Below are positions 53,965-64,000 of a stretch of 64,000 nt of DNA, one piece after another (position 1 is the stretch's first letter; every line of letters starts with the position of its first letter). Both the position numbers and the translations under genes were made by a program. Origin of the DNA: Octopus vulgaris (taxonomy: Eukaryota). The stretch is from assembly GCA_951406725.2 (NCBI GenBank), contig OX597826.1:49600001-49664000 (forward strand), written 5' to 3'. A model generated the notes under the pieces. That model saw nothing but the letters and a program-made list of their open reading frames with translations, searched no databases and had not been told where the DNA came from.

Positions 53965-54595
53965 AACTTCTCTCTCTCCCTCTCACCCCCTATCTCTCTC
54001 TCTCTCTCTCTTGCTCCTCTCACTCTCTCTCTCTCTCTCGTCCCTTTCTCTCGCCCCCTTTTCTCTCACTCCCTCTTATTCTCGTGCTCTCTCTCTCATC
54101 CCTCTCACTCTCGCCCCCTTTCTCTCGCGCTCTCTCTCTCATCCCTCTCACTCTCGCCTTCTCTCACACTCACCCCTCTCACCCTCGCCCCCTCTCACAC
54201 TCACCCCTCTCACCCTCGCCCCCTCTCTCTCTCTCTCGCCCCATCCCTCTCTCGCTCCCTCTTTTTCTCTTGCCCCTCTCACTCTCTCACCCTTTCTCTC
54301 TCTCTTCTTTCTCTCTCACCCCTTCTTTCTCACTCCTTTCTCGTCTTGTCATTTTCTCTCTCCCTTCTTTCCTTCATTCCCCTTACTTTCTCTTTTCCTC
54401 ACTTTCCCTTCTCTCTCTCTCTCTCTCTACCTGCTATTTATCCGCACACACACTCTCTCTCACTTATTCTCACTCCCTCTTTCTTTCTTCTACACTTACC
54501 ATCTCTTTTCTGTCCTTCTCTCCCTCTTTTTCTCTCTCTCTCTCGCCCCTCTCCCTATCCCTCACTCCTTCACCCTCCCTCCCTCTCCAGCCTTA
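53965..54595. repeat. CT-rich polypyrimidine tract
   Basis: Direct reading. Confidence 0.92.
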
Positions 54596-54709
54596 TTCTA
54601 GTTGATTTAGTGAGGTTCCCCAAGATGGAATTACACTATTGTGATATTTATTCTTAAAGTACGCTGAAGGTAAGATTAGAAATGGTAAAGTTGATAGCAT
54701 TCTTTTGTT

Positions 54710-55265
54710 GTTTAGCTTTAAATCAGCCCTGACCGAGCCGACCTATGTTCAATGACGTTCCTGTCGTGACCACCCCGTCTCTTTTTCCTCACATCAACTG
54801 CATTATCCAATGTGTCTGTCTTTTATTTTTCGGACAGTGTTGTGCAATTTGTGGGAGGTTTAGTTGCTATCTTTAGATCTAGAAACCATATACGGACGAC
54901 CAATGATCAAAAGCGTTCCAGTTATGACCATCCTGTCTCTTTCTTTTTTCTTTTGTTTTTTTTTCTGTCAGTGATCTACAATAGCATTATGCAATAAGCT
55001 ATTGCTTGTTTCTCAGACAGTGTCGTGGAATTTGTGATTGGTTCGGCAGCTATATCTGCCAGATAGAATGACCACAAAATAATGACCATATAGAATCGAC
55101 TATTGATCAAAAGCGTTCCAGTCATCACCATCTCGTCTCTTTTTTTTCAGACACCTACAACTGTATTATCCAATATGCCTTTTCCTTTTTCAGATTCTAT
55201 GATGCAATTTGTAGGAGATTTTGCTGCTATTTCTAGCATATCTAGTGATCCCGAAGAGGCTCTGT
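54710..55265 (+). repeat. Three tandem diverged copies (about 170-195 bp) of an unclassified dispersed repeat
   Basis: GAC..ATG.TCAA..GCGTTCC.GT..TGACCA.CC.GTCTCTTT...GCTAT recurs; relatives near 17995, 52980 (-) and 63410. Confidence 0.6.
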
Positions 55266-56487
55266 CTTTTCTCCTTTACAGATTAGTGAAGTTGGAAATA
55301 ATCATTTCTTTAAAATATTTGGTGTGATTAGAAACTTGTAATTGCAATTTGCAATTAAGGAATTAAAGTAAAAATACAGCCTTCACACATTTAATTTCTT
55401 TTTTTCTTTTTTGTTTACTTATTTCGAAGTCCTTAAAAAACTAAAGCAAACCAACACACTACTCTGCAGCCATACAGTGGGGTTGCAACATATATTTTAC
55501 AGGCATGTAGTTTAACTTTATTGAGAGGGAGTGATTTAACAGAGATGTAAGAGCGCTGAATAAAAGGTAAAGTGGAATTTATGTCTCTCTACACACTGAT
55601 TTCCAATTCACACAGTTGATATTTCGAAATCGATAAAAAAAAACGTATCAATCCAGAACAGTGTATTGGCGGAACTATTAGTGAGTCGAGAAAAATACCT
55701 TGTAGTGTTTGATCCGGCTTTTTGCCTTCTGTCAGCAATGCACAAGCTCTATTGACCCAAGTGAAACCTCAATGTAATTCTCGGGGAGAATCAACATGAC
55801 ACAGTTTGACAAAAGTGAACTTTTAAATTACACGATCTGCGATCTATCCATCCGTCCATCCGATAGGCTTCTACACAATTTCCGTCCACCCAATTTTATT
55901 CACTATTCTCAATAGTTTTAAAGCTATAAGAATGTCATTTGCCCATGACACCACACAGTTGGTTCGAAACCACGACTTCATAATTGCTGAGTAAACTTCT
56001 TAATCATTCGGCCATACTGTACTCTGGTATCGAAACAAATTTGCTATAAAAACAATAGCTAAACTATAGCCTATAAAATAGACAATTTCCTACAAAAACT
56101 ATGACTGATAGTTCTGACGTAGAAGCTTTAGCTAAGCTATAACCCGCATAGAACACTAGTTGCCGTAGATATCATAGCAGTCTATTACTTACACTATATA
56201 CTATTTCCTATAGAAACTACAGCTAAGCTGTTAACTGTGCAGTATACTATTTGCTAACCCTATAAAGCATCTTCTAACTGAAATTACTAAGCCTCTCCAA
56301 ACGAAGTTCTCTAGCGTATAAAATCACTTCGATAACCTGTAGACATGTTAGAACAGTTGACTCTAGTGCAAAACCCCGTTGTTTCCTTAATTCATAAAAT
56401 CTAAGTGATTTCATTGTTTTTCCAATAAGGGTTATGTTTTCCCCGAATAGAAATTATTTTCCTCTAAAAAATAGTGGTTTTTCTTAA

Positions 56488-56731
56488 CCCCTTTGCTGCG
56501 GAAAACAGATATAACCATTCAAAGTTTAATTACCCTTAACTGCGGAAGGCAATTTTATAAACCAATCTCTCTTTCGTTGAGGGATGTTATGTCTGAATCT
56601 ATTTTACAATGAGATATGCCAAATTTACTGAGGCAACGTAACTCGCAGAAAATTCTAATTCTACCTGTTGGTAGATATTTATTAACGTCGTTAATAGCAT
56701 AACCATGAAATCTTATTTCGCAGTGAATGAG
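56488..56731. mobile_element. Possible piggyBac-type MITE
   Basis: TTAA at 56484-56487 and 56732-56735; imperfect TIRs CCCCTTTGCTGCGGAAA / TTTCGCAGTGAATGAG. Confidence 0.4.
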
Positions 56732-57522
56732 TTAAATTAACAAAATAAGGTCACGAAAGAACATCAGAGTTAGGGGTGCCGTCATGGTCGATTGAATTGG
56801 CGCCAGAATATGAAGAATTCTTATTTTGAAGGCATCTAGAATATTGAGAAACAAAAATCAACTCCAATAGGTTTTGAACTTTGCAGGAACGAAACTAAAT
56901 ATTGTTTGGTTTTCAATCTGTCATGCTTCTGTTTCGGTCATTTTGATGCTTTCAATTTTTCTCCAAGAATATTGATTTATTGATTGAATTACAGAATAGA
57001 ATGGTAGGCACACTTACCCTTCTGGAAGCATATCTCTTGCTTTACGGTGCTAGCCATTCTACTTATGAGATATAGATCTTTATGGTAACGTAACAGCAAC
57101 CATATAGCTCTTTGTGGTGGCTGAGTCTGCGACTAACTTTACTTTCACAGACATATGAGCTCTTGACGTCGTTAGTGTGTGACAAAGTTGAACTTTTTAA
57201 TTACTGATACAATCAACACAACGGCTTCCACACAATTTCCACCATTCATTAATCCTCTTATTCATTCATTCATTCACATTTATCTTTAAACTCACCGAAA
57301 CTACGCTGATTCAGGTCTCTGTACGTGACGAGAAGCCTTCGGTGTTTAATTTGTCCTTTTCCGTTTCCATATTCCACTGAGGATTTTTATCATACACTCA
57401 CACATATACATGCATGCACTAACACACATGCTTATGTACACACACACACATATGCATACATGCATACACATGTATACATACATACAAACATATACACACA
57501 CACATATACATATATGTATATA

Positions 57523-57588
<66 letters not shown>

Positions 57589-58262
57589 CACATATGTATA
57601 TATACATATATATTTTATTTTATTTTATCTAGTTTCAGCTCACGAGCTGTAGCCATGCTGGGGCACCGCCATATATATATATATGTATGTATATAATATG
57701 ATGAACCACTATTCATTTGTTGTTATTTATGTACATGTATATACATATATACGTGTGTGTGTGTGTGTGTGTAAACTTATATATAAACTTACATAAGATA
57801 AGTGTCCCATATGTAAGGCATTATTTAAACATGTTTCTGTTCGAGAAATCTGACAGACGTATAAGGCATCTATGTATGTGGTATGTTTAGTAAGTTAGTT
57901 GCTGAAATAGAGACAAGAACCTTTAAAACACACACACACACACACACACGCACACACACACACAGCTTTAGCCCGTATGTATATGTATCTATGTATGTGT
58001 TTTAGGGATTTTTACTTGGCCTGTAACAATATAGTTTACATTAAGTGAACATGTTTTGTAGGCAACAATTTCTACCTTGTTAGTGCTAGTTTCGTTGTTG
58101 TTGTTGTTGTTGTTTTTTATTGTTGCAGTCGTTGTTGTTGTTGTTGTTGTTGATGTTGCTGTAGTTCAAGCTCTAGTTTGTTATTCCTGCTTTTGTCAAT
58201 GTTGTTCTTGATAATGGTAAGCAGTGGTTCGCAGACCTTCCAAGCCCATTCTCACTCTCTCT

Positions 58263-58465
58263 GTATGTATGTATGTATGTATGTATGTATGTATGTATGT
58301 ATGTATGTATGTATGTATGTATGTATGTATGTATGTATGTATGTATGTATGTATGTATGTATGTATGTATGTATGTATGTATGTATGTATGTATGTATGT
58401 ATGTATGTATGTATGCATGCATGCATGTATGTATGCATGTACGTATGTATGCATGAGTGTATGTA
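58263..58465. repeat. (GTAT)n microsatellite
   Basis: Direct reading. Confidence 0.96.
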
Positions 58466-58486
58466 TGGATACACATAGGCACACAC

Positions 58487-58527
<41 letters not shown>

Positions 58528-58719
58528 GTGTGTGCCTATGTGTATCTATACATACACACATGCATACATACATATATATACATACATATATACATAAACA
58601 AATAGTTTATACATAGTATATATATATATACGTGTGTGCCTATGTGTATCTATACATACACACATGCATACATACATATATATACATACATATATACATA
58701 AACAAATAGTTTATACATA

Positions 58720-58774
<55 letters not shown>

Positions 58775-59320
58775 CATACATATATACATACCTATACACA
58801 CATACATATAGCGAGACATCTCTCACGCTACGATTCTCCGGTTCTCCGTCTACATTTTCACCCCTATTCATGCCATTACCCTTCCCTATATATATATATA
58901 TATGTGTATATATGTATATATGTATATATATATATACACGCGCGTGCGCACACGTCCTTCTCCTTATCCTATCCTCCTCCTCCTGCTCCCCTCCCCCCCC
59001 CCTTTAGTATTTCGATTGTTGTACGTTATCTAGACTATACAATTACCAAAAGTAATTGTCTTCAAGTATCGCACTACCGTAAAGGGAGCCAGCCCCTTCC
59101 TTATCTCCCTACTCCCCCCTCGCCCCCACACACACTCTCTCTCTCTCTCTCCATTTCTCTGATTCTTCCCGACCACCACACCCGAGGTGGAGAATACCTC
59201 AACTTCACCACCCCGACCACGACCACCACCACTACCAATGATATCAGTTGTTTTTATCTATGTTGCCCCCCCCCCTCACTGTTTTTATTGCTCCAGTGGT
59301 TGTCGTTGTTTCTCATTGTT

Positions 59321-59940
59321 TCCATTGATGCTGCCGATGTAAATGGTGCTTCTGTTGTTTTAGACCCCTCATTTTTTTAGTATCTGCTTTTTGGGGTTTT
59401 TTTTTAAGGGGATACAATCAGTAAAACGAAGAACGACAGGCTAAATTTCCGAAGATATTGTATTATATACCAGTCCATTACGTTTTGGGTTCAAATCACC
59501 CTGAAGTCGATATTACCTTTTTTCCATTGATGCTGCCGATGTAAATGTTGCATCTGTTGTTTTAGACCCCTCATTTTTTTAGTATCTGGGGTTTTTTTTT
59601 GGGGGGGGGGGGTGTTTAAGGGGATACAATCAGTAAAACGAAGAACGACAGGCTAAATTTTCGAAGATATTGTATTATATACCATTCTTTTACGTTTTGG
59701 GTTCAAATCACCCTGAAGTCGATATTACCTCTTTTCCATTGATGCTGCCGATGTAAATGGTGCTTCTGTTGTTTTAGGTCCCTCATTTTTTTAGTATCTG
59801 CTTTTTGGGTTTTTTTTTTTTAAGGGGATACAATCAGTAAAACGAATAACGACAGGCTAAATTTCCGAAGATATTGTATTATATACCATTCTTTTACGTT
59901 CTGGGTTCAAATCATCCTGAAGTCGATATTACCTCTCATC
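59321..59940. repeat. Recent tandem triplication (about 202-212 bp units) containing an old SINE head
   Basis: TCCATTGATGCTGCCGATGTAAATG starts at 59321, 59523 and 59735. Confidence 0.92.
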
Positions 59941-60086
59941 AAGGCGGCGAGCTAGCAGAAACGTTAGCACACCGGGCGAAATGCTGAGTTCAAATTACGC
60001 ACTGGGTCGATATAATCGACTTAATCCGTTTGTCTGTCCTCGTTTGTCCCCTCTGTGTTTAGCCCCTTGTGGGTAGTAAGGAAATA
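59941..60086 (+). mobile_element. Internally deleted young family A SINE with 16-bp TSD
   Basis: TSD GATATTACCTCTCATC at 59925-59940 and 60087-60102. Confidence 0.9.
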
Positions 60087-60357
60087 GATATTACCTCTCA
60101 TCGTTTTGAAGCCAATGGAATAAAATAATAGGTTCTAATTTAAACACAAAGGATACAAATATTTGAAGAGAGGGTGGGGTTAGTGGAGCCGATACTATTG
60201 ACCCCAGAAGTTGATTAGTACTTTTTTTTGTTGATCCCGAAGAGATCAAAGAATAAGTTGCCATCGGGATTCGAACTTTAAACGAAAAGAACCTGAACGA
60301 ATATAATGTATTTGTATGATGAGCTTATGATTCTCCAATTTTCTTCACCATCATCCT

Positions 60358-60470
60358 CATTCTTCTTCTTCTTCTTCTTCTTCTTCTTCTTCTTCTTCTT
60401 CTTCTTCTTCTTCTTCTTCTTCTTCTTCTTCTTCTTCTTCTTCTTCTTCTTCTTCTTCTTCTTCTTCTTC
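60358..60470. repeat. (CTT)n microsatellite
   Basis: Direct reading. Confidence 0.96.
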
Positions 60471-60681
60471 GTCAAAATTGTTGTTGTTGTTAGTTGAGAC
60501 TGGAAGAATCGCTACTGCGACGTATAAAATGTTTAGCGGTGTATCTTCCGGCTCTTTACCGTCTGAATTCAAATTCCGCTGAGGTCGGCTTTTCTCGTTT
60601 TTCATTCTTTCGGAGTCGATGAAATCGACTAAACCCCTTTCTCCAAATTTTGGTCTTTGTGCCTGTAAGAGAAAGAAGGTA

Positions 60682-60767
<86 letters not shown>

Positions 60768-61247
60768 AAGAAGAAGATGGTGGTGGTGGTGGTGATGATG
60801 AAAGAAGAAGATGGTGGTGGTGGTGGTGATGATGAAAGAAGAAGATGATGATGATGATGGTGGTGTTGGTGGTAATGATGAAAGAAGAAGATGGTGGTGG
60901 TGGTGATGATGAAAGAAGAAGATGGTGGTGCTGATGATGATGATGATGATGATGATTAATATCTGCCTAGTGAGACATATTTCAGCAATGAGGATGTGAA
61001 AGTGCTGCGATAATTGACAGAGCTTGTTGGTTTACTATCCGGCAGCGTAGCTGTTTATGATGCACAAAAAATATCTAATGTCTCGTTCTAACTATGCTTG
61101 TATACATACATATATACATATATACATAAATACATGCATTCAAACATACATACAAACATACACACATGCATACATACACAATATAAAAGAACAATATAAT
61201 ACAATAATACATACATATACACTATAAATATATATAAATATATATAC

Positions 61248-61293
<46 letters not shown>

Positions 61294-61739
61294 TCGATGA
61301 ATAGTATACAGCTGTAGACATTGTCATTGCAGCTTCACTACTGCTGTTGTTGATATTTGAGCAATTGTTGCCATCCTTATTAATACCGCTGTTGTTTAGA
61401 GGTGGGGGTTGTTGGAGGTACCCACCCTGAAGAGGAAACATTATCCCCAATCGTTTCAAGGTCTTCTAGATTCGAAAGAGACACCGAGGGAGTGAGAGAG
61501 AGAGAAGGACAAAGAGAGACAAAGAGAGAGTGAGAAAGAGAGAAATAGAGACAGACAAACAGAACTGGTTGAAATTGACATAGTATATGTTTATGTTCAG
61601 TTTTAATTCTAGCAGGTTTGATGCCTGATTGTGTCAGGCGAGAAGCAAAGATTCTGCAGATACGCAATTCTTTTTGAAGGATTAGTGAAAAGCATATAAT
61701 TATTCATGAGGTGCATGCCAAACAGCATGAATCCAGACA

Positions 61740-62345
61740 ATAATATATCTGTACTTTCTCTCTGTACATTCTAGCAGTTTCGAACGTCCATAACAAATCA
61801 TATTTTGTTTTTCGTCATCAGAGAATACTTCTCTTTCAACGATATGTGTTCATAAACACACGTAGTTCACTGGTATAAGGGGACTTCAAAACACCGCGAT
61901 GTTTCAACCTTTTTGTGTATCTTCTCAGTCGAAAACTACCCCGCTGGACGGATGAATAAAAGAAAAAAAAAGCACGAGCTCTTCTTTATATCAGCAATAA
62001 TAATTCCTGAGATGTTCTCAGAACAGCTAGAATCGAAATAGTAATGCATCTATTCATTTTTAATACGTTCTGGCAGATACGAAAATGGATATGCCATCGC
62101 TGTTACTTTTCGTCATCAGAGATCACCTCCTCCCTTGAAAGGATGCGTTTTCGGCCGAGGAGACCCAGAACGAGGTCGAAACATCGCGGTGTCTCGAAGT
62201 CCGATTACACAGGTGAATCGCGTGTGTTGTGAACATACATTGCCAAAAGGGAAGAGATGTTCTCCGATGACGAATAACAATTGCGATCAGACATTTATAT
62301 TCTAATCTGCCAGAACGTATTAAGAATGAACAGATACGCTATTGA
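61740..62345. mobile_element. Hammerhead-bearing repeat cluster (two minus-strand units, one plus-strand unit), retrozyme/Penelope-like
   Basis: 62041-62135 is an inverted copy of 62247-62342; 61800-61935 is an inverted copy of 62150-62285. Confidence 0.7.
62150..62198 (+). ncRNA. Type I hammerhead ribozyme fold (core U4>C)
   Basis: TTCGG-CCGAGGA-GACC CAGAACGA GGTC-GAA-ACATC GC GGTGT-C-TCGAA: all three stems pair, GUC triplet. Confidence 0.7.
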
Positions 62346-62735
62346 TTGATAAAAAAAAAACTTTTGCCTTTGTGAGGTGAGGTACAATGTGTATGAAAAA
62401 GAATCTACACAGATGGGCTTAAATAGGGTTGATAAAGAAACAGCTACTTGAAAAAAACGGAGACTGGTGTAGTGACAATAAAAATCGCATTAAGAATCAT
62501 GGCACACCAATGAACATAGTGTGGCTGTAGTGTGGTAATTGCATATGTTAACGGTTTAATTATTGGTTAACCAGAGATCTGACACGTGCCATTTACTGGT
62601 TTTAACTGATTAAATATAAGTGTAATATGGTAACTAAGGATTGGTTGTGCAAATGATGTTCAAGAGCATTTTTTGATGGCGTCATTCTATCAATGTAGCG
62701 ATTGTACAAGGCCTTTCTAATATAAGACCTGATTT

Positions 62736-62947
62736 AAAAAGGTGGCGAGCTGGCAAAATTGTCAGCACGCCAGGATAAATGCTTAGCGGCATTTCGTCCG
62801 TCTTAACGTTCTGAGTTCCACTTTGCCTGTCTTCCTTTCGGGATCGATAAAATAAGTACCAGTGGAACACTGGGGTCGATGTAATCGACTTAGCCACCCC
62901 CAGCCCCACCCCACGAAATAGCTGGCTCTGTGTCAAAATCTGAAACC
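62736..62947 (+). mobile_element. Family A SINE with 17-bp TSD
   Basis: TSD AATATAAGACCTGATTT at 62719-62735 and 62948-62964. Confidence 0.9.
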
Positions 62948-63034
62948 AATATAAGACCTGATTTGAGGAATGTATAATGATTTTGAAGATATAATGGCAC
63001 TTTACTATTGATATAATATGTCTGTGTGTTGGTG

Positions 63035-63385
63035 AAGTATGTTGAATGGTTATGAAGCTCCTTTTGCAGCAACAAGGTGCCGGTTTCGATCTCGAAACAT
63101 GCTATCTCGGGCAAATTCCATTTTCTTATAACTTAGGGTCGTCTCATACGTTACGAGTGAAATAAGGTGGACGGAAACTGTACGGAAGCCAATCGAGTGC
63201 ATTGTACCTATAATTCAAAATATAGCCTTCTCATACACTGTGTCATGCTGGTTCTCCCTCAGAACTACATTAAGGAAGTATTTGTCTGTGGAATACTCCG
63301 CCACTTAAATAATAATTCAATGATTAGGTAATTCCTTTGATTGAACAAGTGAATCCTCATCGTCGAACGACGGAGATCCACCACT
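63035..63385 (+). mobile_element. Old SINE with family B-like head and a different tail
   Basis: GGTTTCGATCTC B box, CTCGGGCAA, GACGGAAACTG; tail related to the minus-strand copy near 55735-56010. Confidence 0.55.
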
Positions 63386-63699
63386 ACTTCCAGTATTTTT
63401 TTGTCACTTAGCCGTAAGTCAACCCTTATTTCATAGACCCATGGTCTTAAACATTCAATTCGTGGCCATCCCGTCTTTTTTACAACATGAACACCGTTGT
63501 TCAATTTATCCCTGTTTCAAGCCGAGAGTATGTAATTTTAAGGAAAATTCACAACTATTTCTAGCAAGTTGTGAAACTACCTGGGACTCCCTTGTACTCG
63601 TATTGTGATAAAGGGTAAATATGAGTGTATATTTACTTGTCAGAGTTTTCGTTATTGGTTTGGTAGTGAAGAAGGAGTTGTGCCATCCATGGTATTTGC

Positions 63700-64000
63700 G
63701 GGTTCTCAGAAACCAGAGACTGATGCTGCTGATGTTCTTCTGGGACAGTCAGTGGCTTCATAAAATGTATGAACAAGGAACGGATATGGGGTTCCAGATG
63801 TCTGGGGAGGAAGAATTTAGCATAGTATTCAGTGTTGATCGCGGGGCTTGTGGACTAAATAAGGAAGAGATGAGTGAATTGGGAGCAAAGGAGTAGAAGT
63901 GGGGCAAGACGTGTCGGCTCCAAAGAGTAGTAGCCATTGCAGTGGTTGTAGATTATACAGAGAGTGAACAAACTGCATCTAAGGGCCAAAGGCTGGAGTG
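63700..64000 (-). pseudogene. CR1/L2-group LINE 3' end remnant, runs off window
   Basis: Minus strand LQPLALRC...LCIIYNHCNGYYSLE, same motif as 17065-17420. Confidence 0.55.

Overview
AT-rich eukaryotic DNA saturated with microsatellites. No intact host protein-coding gene is recognisable, and nearly all ORFs in the track are translations of simple repeats. The repeat make-up strongly suggests an octopus (coleoid cephalopod) intergenic or large-intron region; this is an inference. The window holds many tRNA-derived SINEs of at least three families, several with target-site duplications (TSDs). It also holds decayed LINE fragments (CR1-group, RTE, R4/Dong-type and HERO-type restriction-like endonuclease ends, a Tx1/L1-like ORF1), a Penelope-like GIY-YIG fragment, five mariner remnants, MITEs and minisatellites. 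Three observations stand out. (1) Several unrelated short repeats carry type I hammerhead ribozyme folds: one with an intact core and an unusually long stem II (19915-20005), and one in a retrozyme-like tandem/inverted cluster (61740-62345). (2) A SINE builds head-less tandem arrays through a recurrent junction at the same internal site. (3) A 30-bp foldback hairpin of pre-miRNA size has formed inside a dead LINE. All calls were made by eye; no folding or database search was run.
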